From the human T2T-CHM13v2.0 reference genome, Homo sapiens: a stretch of 64,000 nucleotides of DNA. How positions within the stretch are numbered: position 1 is the stretch's first letter; every line of letters begins with the position of its first letter. Of the stretch, positions 25,076 to 38,847 are shown piece after piece. The notes beneath the pieces are model-generated. The model was not told the DNA's origin, ran no database searches, and was given only the letters and a program-made list of their open reading frames with translations. Where the stretch lies: the NCBI RefSeq assembly GCF_009914755.1, contig NC_060929.1. One strand, given 5' to 3'. The position numbers were made by a program, and so were the translations under genes.

Positions 25076-25619
25076 GGCCACAGCCATGGCTATAATAATG
25101 AAAATGACTTTTAAATTAGAAAATGAAAAGGCAGTTCTAGGTGAGGAATACCAAGGGCCTTAAGGTCAGTGTTTGGTAGGGCAGACTCTGGACTGACAGA
25201 CAGAAATTTCCCCCTCAGATGTGCCAGCTTCTTTTTCCCTTAAAAAATTGAGTTTGTGTTTTCCACCCTCATTGGCTGTGGCATTATCATTTACAGTTAT
25301 TTTTCATGGTTCCAGTTGGTTGCAGTTGTTCTGTCTCACCTTTGCATGACATTTCTTGGGTCAAACAAGAAGTGGAAGCCTTTGCTGAGTTCCTGGGCCA
25401 TCTGTGTTTGGGGCACTCACAGCTCACATGCTGCACCCATTTCCATGCTGGGGTCTCTGTGATTTTCTTCTTGATTTCTAGGAGACTTTAATTCAGTCAG
25501 GGCATGAACACTGTTATCAGCCTCTGAGCTACAAATACTTCCCTTGGAAAACCCCCTGTCTTTTGTAGAGCTTCTTTTTGGAGATATTTTTTCCCCCAAG
25601 TGCAGAAAGATCCACCTAG

Positions 25620-25928
<309 letters not shown>

Positions 25929-26180
25929 CCCACCTAGGCCCTTTATGTAGCTCAAATGGAGCCAGAGACTGGGGGCTTGAGGAAACCAGGTCCTGCCTGC
26001 CACTCACTTCTAGGCCTGTGCCCTTGGGCAGGGACCCACCTGAGGCAAGAACGGGACTAGGAGGGAACCCGAGGATGTCCCCAACAGTGGGCTTGGGAAA
26101 CTGTGGGGGTGACTTCCACCTGCTTGTGGGAGGGATACTCTGTAACCTTTCCCCCTTAAGTGTATTCTCTGCCCCGTTAG

Positions 26181-26270
26181 GAAAATAACCTTCGAAGGCC
26201 AAACCTGGAGGCATTCAACAGGGCTGTCAAGAGTTTACAGAACGCATCAGCAATTGAGAGCATTCTTAAA
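26181..26270 (+). CDS. IL3: Interleukin-3 exon 3
   Basis: ttag|ENNLRRPNLEAFNRAVKSLQNASAIESILK|gtatgt. Confidence 0.99.
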
Positions 26271-26394
26271 GTATGTGAAGCTGTTGAGGGTTTGGGATCC
26301 CTGTGTTGGCCCTGCCCTGCCTCTGGGGAGGAGAGCAGGGCCCACTCCCTTTCCAAGGGAATCTCTGACCATCTGCTTTGGTCTCTTTCCACAG

Positions 26395-26436
26395 AATCTC
26401 CTGCCATGTCTGCCCCTGGCCACGGCCGCACCCACG
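26395..26436 (+). CDS. IL3: Interleukin-3 exon 4
   Basis: cacag|NLLPCLPLATAAPT|gtaagc. Confidence 0.99.
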
Positions 26437-26537
26437 GTAAGCTGTCCCCCAAGATGCCCGTCATGGCTTGCTCCTCAGCTGGTCATCACCATTACAGCCT
26501 GGACTCACCTAATGCCACCTTCTTGGTTTCTTTATAG

Positions 26538-26660
26538 CGACATCCAATCCATATCAAGGACGGTGACTGGAATGAATTCCGGAGGAAACTGACGTTCTAT
26601 CTGAAAACCCTTGAGAATGCGCAGGCTCAACAGACGACTTTGAGCCTCGCGATCTTTTGA
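26538..26660 (+). CDS. IL3: Interleukin-3 exon 5
   Basis: tatag|RHPIHIKDGDWNEFRRKLTFYLKTLENAQAQQTTLSLAIF*; total 152 aa. Confidence 0.99.
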   Translation, partial: RHPIHIKDGDWNEFRRKLTFYLKTLENAQAQQTTLSLAIF

Positions 26661-26886
26661 GTCCAACGTCCAGCTCGTTCTCTGGGCCTTCTCACCACAG
26701 AGCCTCGGGACATCAAAAACAGCAGAACTTCTGAAACCTCTGGGTCATCTCTCACACATTCCAGGACCAGAAGCATTTCACCTTTTCCTGCGGCATCAGA
26801 TGAATTGTTAATTATCTAATTTCTGAAATGTGCAGCTCCCATTTGGCCTTGTGCGGTTGTGTTCTCATTTTTATCCCATTGAGACT

Positions 26887-26947
26887 ATTTATTTATGTAT
26901 GTATGTATTTATTTATTTATTGCCTGGAGTGTGAACTGTATTTATTT
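26887..26947 (+). promoter_or_regulatory. IL3: IL3 3'UTR AU-rich element
   Basis: Clustered ATTTA repeats (atttatttatgtatgtatgtatttatttatttat). Confidence 0.93.
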
Positions 26948-27053
26948 TAGCAGAGGAGCCATGTCCTGCTGCTTCTGCAAAAAACTCAGAGTGGGGTGGG
27001 GAGCATGTTCATTTGTACCTCGAGTTTTAAACTGGTTCCTAGGGATGTGTGAG

Positions 27054-27059
27054 AATAAA
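27054..27059 (+). terminator. IL3: IL3 polyadenylation signal
   Basis: AATAAA ~390 nt after the stop codon. Confidence 0.9.
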
Positions 27060-27274
27060 CTAGACTCTGAACAACTGCTTTGTTACCAGTGTCTCAATTT
27101 GACTTGGGACTTAGTGACCATTTTAAGGGAGACTGGTGTGCCACAAATCCTGGGTGGCTTGATCCTGCCACGTGGATGCTGTCTGGGTGAGCTTGTTCTC
27201 ACACTGCCCTCCTGCCACCCCCATTTCCAGAAAGGTGATGATAACCCTAGCAATCTTGAAAATCCACAGAACTG

Positions 27275-27455
27275 CTACCAGGTACCAGGAGCCGTTCTGA
27301 GCATTTTACCTATGCTATCTAACTTATTCCTCACCCCAACCAAGAGTATGTTTTCTCCGTTTCATGGGAAACTGAAGTTCGGCCTGGTTGAGCAACTGCC
27401 TAAGCTGATAGTGGCCCAGCTGGGGCTTGAATTCAGGTCCCTGTGGTCTGGAGCA
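27275..27455 (-). mobile_element. MIR
   Basis: gggaaactgaagttc...gttgagcaactgcctaag...gggcttgaattcaggtc. Confidence 0.65.
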
Positions 27456-27474
27456 TGCTAATCCTGTGGCATGT

Positions 27475-27506
27475 CTCCCCCTAGTGGTCCTTCCAGAAAC
27501 TGCAGC
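27475..27506 (-). promoter_or_regulatory. CTCF site A (IL3 +2.9 kb), reverse orientation
   Basis: Minus strand gctgcagtttctggaaggaccactagggggag: CTCF core plus upstream TGCAG module; fits the known IL3/CSF2 insulator. Confidence 0.85.
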
Positions 27507-28715
27507 CGCCGCCCCTGCTCCTCCCAGGGCCAACATCAGGGATCAACATCCCCTGACCCCCTCAAGGCAGCAGGTTCTGCTGACACAAGCCACCCAATTC
27601 TTCATTCCATTCCTTTAAAACCCTCCAAGCCTGGAGTCTCCACCCCTGCCTAAGCCCCCAGCCTCTCCTGCCTGATGATTTAGCAGCCACCCTGTAGGCC
27701 TCCCGGCCAGCCCTGGAACCCACACCCTGACGATCTGTGCTCTACTGGGGAGCCAGATGGAGTTTTAGAAAATGCAAATCTGACCATGTGGATCTATACT
27801 GAATCCCCCAGTCCTCGGGGTCTTCTGGACCTTGTCCATATCCTTAGGACAACGTATAAGGCTCACCTCCATCTGTTGCTTCTGTTTCCCCCATGGCTAC
27901 CACCCTAATCAATGCTCCAGCCAACAGGAGTGCTGGGACTTCCTAGACAGCCTTCCATGAAGCCTCTCTTCATGCCCTGGAGCTTCTATCCACATTGTCA
28001 CCTCAGTCTGGCATGCCCTTACTTGGCTTGATGAGTTCCTATTCCATGGACCAACTCAAACTCTGCCCACCTCTGGACTGTCCACACCATCCCAGGATGG
28101 GGCCCTCCTCCGAAATAGGTGGGTACACAGGGACCCACTGGAGGGACAGCCACTGTGGCACGGAGGTGGTGCAGACCAGCCTGGAGGCAGAAGGCAGGAG
28201 GCTGGGACATCCCGAGTGTGGCTTCAGTCTACCACCTGGCCCTTTAGCCCTGAGTGCCCCCCTCTAACTCCCCTGCACACCACCCTGTGGCCCTACTCAG
28301 TCTGCCAGTGGAAGGAGGGGCAGAGGGGCCTTCCTCTGTCACCACGTAAGCAGCAATAGCATCCTCTCTGATTCCTCTCAAGTCCCAGAAAAGCGTCAGA
28401 GGCTGACACCAGGTGCAGGGGTCCTGTCCCCCTTTTTCCTGTTTTCCACCTTGATCCATCCCTCCCTTGAGGTTATGAATAAGGAACAGCCCGGCTGCTT
28501 GAATGGGACTGGAGATGATGGAAGATTTATCTGCTACAGGCTCAGAACTCTATTTCCCTAAATTCTTCCCCCTAAAAAATCGTTATGTTCCCACAGAAGA
28601 ACTCTCTTTTCCCCCTCCCCCCACCTCTCCCCAGCCTGGCTCACTGAGGGCATTGCCTGGGGACCAGGGGATGTCTGTTGTTGGACTTAGCCTGGGAGGA
28701 GATACAGAGGATGCT

Positions 28716-28747
28716 GCTGCAGTTTCTGGATTGACCACTAGGGGGAG
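28716..28747 (+). promoter_or_regulatory. CTCF site B (IL3 +4.2 kb), forward orientation
   Basis: gctgcagtttctggattgaccactagggggag. Confidence 0.85.
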
Positions 28748-29403
28748 GTGTGTGCCACTGGTCTCAGGGCACTTCAGAGGTCCTGGAGGAGCCAGGCCTG
28801 AGAGGGTAGGGTGAGAGGTCTGACTCTGGACTGGGTTTCCCAAGTCTCCTGCACACCCAGCTCCCCCCAGCCCTCACTTTCCCTCCCTCTCGCACGTGAC
28901 AGCTAGTCCTGTTTTCATCCTGGGCTGAGGCAGCATTTGTGCCCCAGCCCCATGTTCCCAGATGAGTCGCTGCTTGCCACCTCCTCTTCACACCCTGGAG
29001 AGTGGGTCAGCAGCTGTCTCCTCTGCTGGTCCTGTGTTAGTGACTGATGCCTGCAAGAGGCAGGGTTAGTGGCTGGATCAGACACAGACCTGGTGCACGA
29101 GGCCAGTCGTCAGGACCTGTCGCTGGCGGAGGGTGGCACGCGGAGGTGACATGCTGGAGAGGGCAGTGGGCGGACCTTTTCAGATGCGCTGGGGGCTCCT
29201 CGCTGACCTTCTGGAATAGTATAGACTGCAGCTTAAAGCCAGACTGGGGCCAGAACCAAGTGGCAGTCAGTTCCTGGACAGGCTGGGGGAATTTCTACAT
29301 GCTTTGACAGAAGGTTTATGTTCCCTCCAAATTTGTATGTTAAAATTGAATCCCCACTGTGATGGCATTAGGATGTGGAGCCTGTCCTTTGGGCCAGGTC
29401 TGT

Positions 29404-29430
29404 GTGTCCAGATGGCGCCAGGGGGCAGCA
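29404..29430 (+). promoter_or_regulatory. CTCF site C (IL3 +4.9 kb)
   Basis: gtccagatggcgccagggggcagca contains two overlapping CTCF-like cores (ccagatggcgc and cgccagggggcagc). Confidence 0.65.
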
Positions 29431-29566
29431 TCGCCCCATTATAAATCCCAGAACCACCAGAGAAGGCCCAAGTTCCTGCCTTCCCACATCCCAGGTGTCT
29501 GCTCAGGGGGAAGGTGGATTACAGCTCTCAGCCAGGAATTTTATTTTTCACTTAAAAACTATTGTT

Positions 29567-29597
29567 GGAGCGAGACTCCATCTCAAAAAAAAAAAAC
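29567..29597 (+). mobile_element. Extremely 5'-truncated Alu insertion with 13-bp TSD
   Basis: GGAGCGAGACTCCATCTC + A12C flanked by AAAAACTATTGTT at 29554-29566 and 29598-29610. Confidence 0.9.
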
Positions 29598-32500
29598 AAA
29601 AACTATTGTTTTTCATTGGAGGAGAAGATGGGAAAGCGTATATACTCTTTACTGAAAAACTTGGAAATGCAGAAAAATAGAACAAAGGGAAAATTGACAG
29701 AAAGGCAAGTGCCTAAGGAGGGCAGAACTCAGAAGGCACAACAAGCCTCACCCCTTGACAGGAATCCTCCCACTCCAGGAAGGGGCTCTGTTCCTCCTGC
29801 CCTGGACTCAAGCCCCCATTTGACTCAGTGGAGCAACTGCTCTGAGGACCCTCCACGGCTCCCCCAGGCTGGGGCGGGCATAGGTGAGACACTGGGCCAG
29901 GCCTTTCAGGCCTCCTGGCCTTGTGCAGTTGGCCCAGCACAGTGCGGTGGGGGTCATTACAGACAGCACAGGACCGACGGATGGGCGTGGACCTCATCGG
30001 AGGCACTGCCCATGGGTGGCACAGAAGGGGCCTGAGAGAGAAGTTCATCCAGCAGAGAAGGGTGGGAAAAGCACAGGGAAGGAAGGAGGCAGATGCCCTG
30101 GGGGAGGAGGGCATGGAGGTCGAGAAGACAAGGTAAGCGGAGGCACAGGAGAGACTAAGCAGTGGAGAGGCCAGAGTGTGGCTGGGTGCCAAGTGTCCAA
30201 GGTGAAGGCTGTGCCCTGGGTCACTGCTTTTGCCCCTGGAGCCCAGCCAGCCTGGGCCCCAGGCACCTCTGGGTCTTAGCTAGTCTCTTCTCCCCATTCC
30301 TCCCTCTCTGATCCCAGGCCAGCCCAGCCCAGACTGGCCGCTGTGGAGACGGTAAGACTGGACGACTGTGGCCTGAGGAGGGGTGGGTGGAGGGAGGCGG
30401 AAGGACAGGATGGAGCCATGGCAGACACTGTGTGTTTAACACCAACAAGAAGGAGCAAGGGCAGAGGGAGAGAGGTGCTGGAGGAAATAGGGGCTGGTCC
30501 AGCAGAGGGGAATCCCTGGGCCCAGGAAGATGGGGGACCCATGGTGGGAGAGAGGGAGAGGAGGCAGAGGTGGTGTGGACCAGGGGTGGGGGCTAGGGGC
30601 CCAACTTTCCCCCTTGAAAGCCTCAGATCAAGCTCAACGAGGTGGGTCAGCAAAGTTGCTGCTGCCCTCCTGGACTGAGAAGGGACTCAAAGAATCCCCA
30701 CAATGACCCAGGCACCCAGGCTGTGATTATCCCCATTACACAGACAGAGACTGAGGCAGAAAAATGAAGGTTATTTGAGTCCAGAGCCTCTGAATCCTTA
30801 AGCAACAGTGGTTCACTAATGCCCACTGAGGCCCAGGAATTCTTTTAAGTCTGACCCTGGATGTGCCTGGGGTCTCCCCTTGACTGGATCCAAGCCTCCC
30901 GTGTTAACTTCTGCCCTACAACCTCCTGGTTCCAGGCCCACAGTGAGCAGCGCAGCCTTAGCGCCTCAGCTCCATGCTTCTCACCTGACCACTCTCATAT
31001 TGCCCAGTAAATGCCTCTACACGCCCATCTGTCCTGTCCTCCTACCTGGCACCCCCTCCCCACAACCAACACACACATTGGGGGCTTAGATCCAGGGAGG
31101 TGGTCCTCTGTGCTCCTCTTTGTCTCTGTCCCCATGCCTTAAGGAACTTCTGAGAGAGACCCTGGCTCCCAGCTGTCCCCTGCCATGGCTGGTTGTCAAG
31201 GCCTCCTCCAGCTCCCACTCAGGCTCCCCAAAGACCCCAAGCTCAACTCTACCTCCAGCCATGGCTCATGAGTGACCCCTTCCCTTTCCCTTCCATGAGC
31301 CCTCCCTGCCCTGTGGGGTCCATGGAATCCTTCTGGTGTGAGGCCTCCTTCCCTCCTCCTCAGACTCATGAGCCCTTGACCCAGGGTGCTCCCGGGACCT
31401 GCTTTGGCAGAGACTTGCCTGGGGCCTGCACTTGGAGACTCAGCCCTTTCCTGGAGGGAAAGTGGGCTGTGCTGGAGATCAGCGGGCAGCAAGGACAGCA
31501 GGCTGTGTGGATGATGTGTGTGCCCTGAGGGGCCAAGTCAGGGTGTCAGGGAGGGAGGACAGCTGTGGGGAGGCAACGGAGGGCAGCGGGCGCCGGAGCG
31601 AAGGCCGAGCAGCAGAGCAGGGGTCTCCTTCCCTGCCTCCCTTCGTGAGCACCAGCTGCGCACCTGCTCTGTGTCCTGATCCCATGGGCTGGGCCGAGGC
31701 CCTCCTGAGCATAAGGAATAAAAACACTGGGCAGCCGCCACTACCATTCAGAGAGCCTTGAATCAGGGAGGATGTCCCCATGCAGTGGGTCTGTGATCAA
31801 CATGACTCCCCTGCTCTCCCAGGCTGATGGCCAGACTCAAGAGCTGCCCCTGGCAGCCTTGGACCACCTCCTCCCCACCAGGACAAGTGGAAAGACTGAG
31901 GAGGATGGTTCCCTGTCCTGGTGTTCCAAGCTGGCTCTTTCTGGAAAATCTGTATGGCTCAGCCACTTTGCCATCAGTCAGGCTCGAGCACCAGGATGCA
32001 GGTGGCGTTTGCCTCCTGGGGCTGGGGTGGGGAGGCTTTAGGGCCCTGGGGAGGGGTCTACACAGGCCCACTTCCCATGAGGGAAACCTAAATTTACACT
32101 CACCTCCAGGGAATGAGAAGGCTGGGAGGCTGGTCCGGACCCTGGTAACCATTCCCTCTCTTTGATGGACAGCGAGACTGAGGCTAGATGGAGGCACCTA
32201 GCAAGCCAAAACAGAAAACCAAAACAGAAACACCTTCCCTTGCAGATATCCAGTGCATCTCCCAACAGCCTGCAAAAGTAGTGCTGCATGCCCTGTGGGG
32301 TGAGCCAGCCGGGGCTCAGAAGGGGCAGGCCACAGGCCAAGGACATGCAGCGAGCTGTGCCTGCCCAAACAGGGCCTCAGGGAAAGTCTGAGGGACCCGT
32401 GAGGGATCCAGAAGAGTCTTGGAGGAGGCTCATTCCAGAACCACTCGTCCTGCTGAGAGCAGAAAGCCCACATCTGCCACCTCAATTCTGACCCATCAGT

Positions 32501-34369
32501 TCCAGGGGGATGCAGGTGCGCGAGCCGGGCAAGGGCCTGGGACTTCCACCTGGCATCTTGACCCAGACTCTAGCTCCAGACATAGAGGGCAGGAACGGAT
32601 GCCTGCAGGACTTCAGAAATTAAACAGGCTTCTGGTCTCATGATTTCTCCTGCTTTTGATTTTTAATGCACCTCCCGATGGCTCTTCCCAAGAGGGCACA
32701 CATAGGCTGTGGCCCCTCTGGGTGCCTGATGATCCTCCCAGCCAGAGATGAGGCTCAGAGCAGAGACTCAGGAGCAGGGGATGCATTTCTGGCCCTAGAG
32801 GGAGTACACCAGGCGAGTAGTAGACACAGGTCAGGGAGGGCACTGTGGTGGGAAGGCCTGGCACACCCATTGGGCGTTTGTGTCCACAAGGACTCCTCTG
32901 CCTGAGTGATGTGCATGGTGGAGTTGCCAGATCCTGAGGGAAAAAAAGGAAGCCCCAAGAACAAAGAAGCAAACAAGGAGGTCTCATTGTCCTTGGCCAT
33001 CCTCAAAAGTTGACACCCCGCCACTACTTTCTGCCTGGCTCACTCTCCACAGCCCCTCTGGTGTTGGGAGCCTCCTCTTTACCAGTGACTTCCAAATGCC
33101 CTGACTTCCGGACCCACATGGCCACAACTGACTGAGTCTTCCTGGAGGTCCCCTGGCCTCTCAAACTTGCCATTCCAGTGCAACATGGGCTGACCTCTCA
33201 AACTTCCCTGTGACCTTGTGTCTCCCCCATCACAGCAAATGGTCTCCATGTCTCTGCCTATGAGTGTGGGCCTTGTGCTCCCTGTCCCCCACCCCATGGG
33301 ACCACCAGAAGTGAGCTCTCCGAGTGCAAGGGGCCTGTGAGGTGCGTACTCCGCAGCAAACCCTCCCGGAAGCTTGGCTGAATAGATGCAGAGACCACAT
33401 GTGGTTGAGGGTTAACCACCCTCAGATCCTCCCAGGCCTCCCTGGCACTCCCCAGTGCCAGGAACCTGGGAATACCAAGAGGCCAAACTGGAATTGGAGC
33501 TTGGCGAGGGCAGCTTCCCTTTTTGAGGTGTACATTTGGGGACCGAGACAGAGGGGATGCACGTGGGGACAGAATGGGGCTGAAACCGCAGAAGCCAGAG
33601 ATGTTGCTTCATATGTCTGGTGTGGCCTGGAGTGACAAGGGAAGGACAAACCACTCATGGTGCCATGCGGTACCAGGATCTCCTGTCGGTGATGCAGGAC
33701 CCAGGAGCCCTGACTCAGGTGGAGGCCGGACTCCCTACCTCACCACGTGTGTCCAGAAGGTTGCCCTCTGCGGCTAGGGCTGGGCAAGGGGCAGCTGTCC
33801 CTGGAAACTCCAGCAGGCCTCGCTCCTCTGCCCAGTTTGGGCTTCAGAAATCTCCCCTAGCACTGGGCAGAGGAGAAATTGAAGGATTGTCTCTTCCCTG
33901 GGAGGATCTCCCACAGAGTTTCCTGGGGCAGGCAACAGTTTCCTCGGTGAGGCAGTGGCCATTAACCCATTGTACAGATGCAGGGGTTGAGGCTCAGGGA
34001 GGAGGGACTTTCCTAGGCTTCAGGGATTGGTGGTGGCTGGGTAAGGGCAAGAGCCCAAGCCTGGGGCATAGAGATGCCTGGATGGCAGGATCTGCTGGGG
34101 AAACTCTGCCTTCAGCCCAGACTTCCCTGGGACAGTCACAGGCCACTCCAGCCTACCTGCGAACACCTGGCAGGCATCTCTCTTTACAGCTGCCTTGAGG
34201 GGACAAGCACGCTGGGTCCACCCCCTGCTGGTCCAGCCAGGTGATCAGCATTTCCCAACTTCCTGACCCCAAGACAATGGAAAATGCTAGGATAGCAGGA
34301 ACAGATATGGGTTCAAATTCTGGTTCTGCGGTCACTGATTGTGTGGACTGGGCTGACCACTGGTCTCCC

Positions 34370-35086
34370 AGATCTCAGGTCCCCAGAGATAACAAGAACC
34401 CTCATCAAGGGTTGGACAGGTCAAAGAAGGATCAGATCAGCCCCAAAGCCTGTGCGGGGGTGCCATGGTACCGAAGGGACTTTGAGGCCCATTTCCTTCC
34501 CCTTGTGATAATGTCTCTCGTGATAAGGATCCTGGAGTGACTCAAGCCCCTGTTTCCTACAGAGCCTGTGGGGTGGACACGCATAGGAAACTCCTTCCAG
34601 AGGGTTTTCTCCTGTCTCTGTAGGAAGGGGGGCCCCAGAGGGGTCATACCACCCATCGTGGTCCCCGCCTCTGCCCTGCCACAGCCCCATCGGAGCCCCT
34701 GAGTCAGCATGGCTGGCTATCGGTTGACACTGTTTAAAATACAGTGCAATCTAGGAATGCCTGCCTGTGTCATGGCCTCAGCCCTGATGTCATCTTTCCA
34801 TGAGAAAGATGTGTGGCTGCCCACAAACCTCATCACCAAACCCATGGATTTCTGTCCTGTTTGTGCTGACTTGGGCACCTGCAGGCCACCACTGCCGAAA
34901 TGGATTTCTTATTATGACTCTTGCTTTCCTCCTTTCCTTCCCTCCTAGGCCCTTGGCCACTGGCCTGTTACTTGCCCATCTGTTATGTCCCAGCCCTTAA
35001 ACACAGCTTTGCTGGCCCTCAGCTCTTCTTCCTGAATAACTTCCGTGGCCTCAGCTACCACACAGACATGTACCGCTGCCAGATCT
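34370..35086. promoter_or_regulatory. CSF2 -3 kb enhancer (717-bp BglII fragment)
   Basis: AGATCT at 34370 and 35081. GATA x2 (34506, 34521). AP-1/NFAT composites: TGACTCA..TTTCC 34538-34557, TGAGTCA 34700, TGATGTCATCTTTCCA 34785-34800, TGACTC..TTTCC 34915-34929. RUNX palindrome TGTGGCTGCCCACA 34812-34825. Confidence 0.92.
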
Positions 35087-37470
35087 GTCTCCTGTACATG
35101 CAGACTCTGAAACTCCAAAACTTCCCGTGGGCCTCACGCTCTGAAGATCTGCTCCTTTGTCCCCTGGGTCCTCACCTTAGCCATGTGGACAGTGATTCTA
35201 ACTCCTCTTACTCACATTCAAAGCACACTTTGGTGGGGGGGGAGGGGGGTGAGTAGACTAATCTTGCTCCTCCATGGATGGGGTTAAAAAGTCCTTGGAG
35301 GCAGGACCCTGACCGTTTTTGTCATCCTTATGTCCCTTTTCCCTGCTGGGAACCTAGTAGATGCTCAAAAAATAATGAATGACTGAGTGACTTCACTATA
35401 GCACCAAGTCCTGTTGAGATTCTACCTCCTCAATCTCTCTGGAGTCTGCCTGCTGTTCCTTATACCCATTCCTAAAACCCCAGGGCTCCCTGTGCCCAGA
35501 ACATTCTCCCCTGTCCTCTCCTGCCCCTCTCCTTCCAACCCAACGTACCCACCTGACTTCTAGCCTTTCAGCCTGGGCTTGCAGGCAGGATCTCTAGTGA
35601 AGCTCTCTGGTCCCCTTGGATCCCCAAGCTAGAGAAGGTGGCCCTCTGGGATCCCTCAGCTCTGGACTTCCCCCTGCCGAGTCAAGGTCACACCATGGGA
35701 GGGTCCATTGCAGTCTGTTTCCTACCAGACTGGGAGCCTCAAGGGCCAAATGTGAGGGCCAGTGGGAGGGTCCCGTTTACCTCCCCAGAACAGGTCCTGG
35801 TGTGGATTGGAAAGACTTGTTGACTGACTGTCTGAGCTATGACAACTCATTTCTAGGAGGAAAGTGACCTTCTCTCCCAGATGGGTCATACAGGCTCTCT
35901 GCCTCCCTGGCCATCAGCTGAACCACTATCTATGGCTCCCTTCCCTGCCCTCCAGCCTCCAGGGTGCTATCCAACACATGTGATATCTACATGTAGTATC
36001 CATGTCCTCATCTCTCCCCCGAGAGCTCCCTGGAAAGAGCTGAGCCAAGGCCTTGCAAAAAAGGTGGAGAAAGGGCCAGGGCCTGGACATTTCATGTTCC
36101 CACCCCAGCCTGGCCACTAGGAGTGTTCTACGCAGGCTCAGATGGATGGGGCTGGCCTCACAGTGGGGTCTGGAGGACTAAGGTTTGGTTTCTCTATGCA
36201 AGGTCAGAAAAACTCCCACAGTACAGGGAAACTGGCCAGGGCTGCAGACTCAGACCACAGTGCTAAAGCCATGAACTCCACCTGCTCTCTGAAGGCTCGC
36301 CAACCTGAGTCCAGCAGAATGTTCTCGCTTGTGTCCAACCCCACTGGTTTAGGCTGAATCAGCCTCTAGGGCCCAGAGGCACTGCACCTGGAGTAGGGAG
36401 CTTCTCCAGTATCAGAGTCACCTTCAGAGGCCTGGAGCCTTTCATAAAGCAGGTAAGAGGACTCAATAGATGCATCTGCATGGAAAACATCCTCCCCTCT
36501 ACCAGGCACCTGTATGTACAACCAATCACAGCAGCACACATACACCCAGAAATGGGCACGTGTGGGCCCACACCCCTTTAGCTATGAAACCCAGGCATGG
36601 GGCAGCTTGAGCCAGATACCTTGTGCAAACACAAACTCGTGCTGTCTTCTCTGAACTCCATTGTGAAAATCAAACACTTGTCAGCCCCTCAAGAGCCTTT
36701 AGATTTCCTACTTCCACACTTCCACAGAAAGGCCTCTGGAGTTGGGGGATGCTGGGGTTATGTAGGAAATTAAGCCTGGAGGGCCTTGCTGGGGAAGCCA
36801 TTGTCCCTGTACCTGAGATGGATGCAGCCACAGCCCTGGAGCCAGCCTGAAGCTCCTGGTGTCTTCTGGGGGCTACATATAGGAGTGTAGTCCGAACCTC
36901 AGAGGGGCAAACCTGCTCTGCAGAGGGAATCAAGGTTCACATAACCAGAGAGGGGAGTCACTCAGGAAGGTGGCTCCAGAGCCAAGAGTCAGACTCTGGG
37001 TCCCGACTTGACCCAGCCACACCCCCTCTGAAGCTTGCTGAGAGTGGCTGCAGTCTCGCTGCTGGATGTGCACATGGTGGTCATTCCCTCTGCTCACAGG
37101 GGCAGGGGTCCCCCCTTACTGGACTGAGGTTGCCCCCTGCTCCAGGTCCTGGGTGGGAGCCCATGTGAACTGTCAGTGGGGCAGGTCTGTGAGAGCTCCC
37201 CTCACACTCAAGTCTCTCACAGTGGCCAGAGAAGAGGAAGGCTGGAGTCAGAATGAGGCACCAGGGCGGGCATAGCCTGCCCAAAGGCCCCTGGGATTAC
37301 AGGCAGGATGGGGAGCCCTATCTAAGTGTCTCCCACGCCCCACCCCAGCCATTCCAGGCCAGGAAGTCCAAACTGTGCCCCTCAGAGGGAGGGGGCAGCC
37401 TCAGGCCCATTCAGACTGCCCAGGGAGGGCTGGAGAGCCCTCAGGAAGGCGGGTGGGTGGGCTGTCGGTT

Positions 37471-37879
<409 letters not shown>

Positions 37880-37950
37880 TAGGCCACCCAGCTGGCCCCT
37901 GACTGGCCACGCCTGTCAGCTTGATAACATGACATTTTCCTTTTCTACAG

Positions 37951-37992
37951 AATGAAACAGTAGAAGTCATCTCAGAAATGTTTGACCTCCAG
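37951..37992 (+). CDS. CSF2: GM-CSF exon 2
   Basis: tacag|NETVEVISEMFDLQ|gtaaga. Confidence 0.99.
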
Positions 37993-38502
37993 GTAAGATG
38001 CTTCTCTCTGACATAGCTTTCCAGAAGCCCCTGCCCTGGGGTGGAGGTGGGGACTCCATTTTAGATGGCACCACACAGGGTTGTCCACTTTCTCTCCAGT
38101 CAGCTGGCTGCAGGAGGAGGGGGTAGCAACTGGGTGCTCAAGAGGCTGCTGGCCGTGCCCCTATGGCAGTCACATGAGCTCCTTTATCAGCTGAGCGGCC
38201 ATGGGCAGACCTAGCATTCAATGGCCAGGAGTCACCAGGGGACAGGTGGTAAAGTGGGGGTCACTTCATGAGACAGGAGCTGTGGGTTTGGGGCGCTCAC
38301 TGTGCCCCGAGACCAAGTCCTGTTGAGACAGTGCTGACTACAGAGAGGCACAGAGGGGTTTCAGGAACAACCCTTGCCCACCCAGCAGGTCCAGGTGAGG
38401 CCCCACCCCCCTCTCCCTGAATGATGGGGTGAGAGTCACCTCCTTCCCTAAGGCTGGGCTCCTCTCCAGGTGCCGCTGAGGGTGGCCTGGGCGGGGCAGT
38501 GA

Positions 38503-38847
<345 letters not shown>

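Noticed and set aside
28800-33500. A further inverted IL3 copy implied by CTCF site B
   Set aside because: I found no IL3-like promoter boxes, signal peptide, PNL or exon-4 pattern on the minus strand by eye. A sensitive alignment could still reveal traces.
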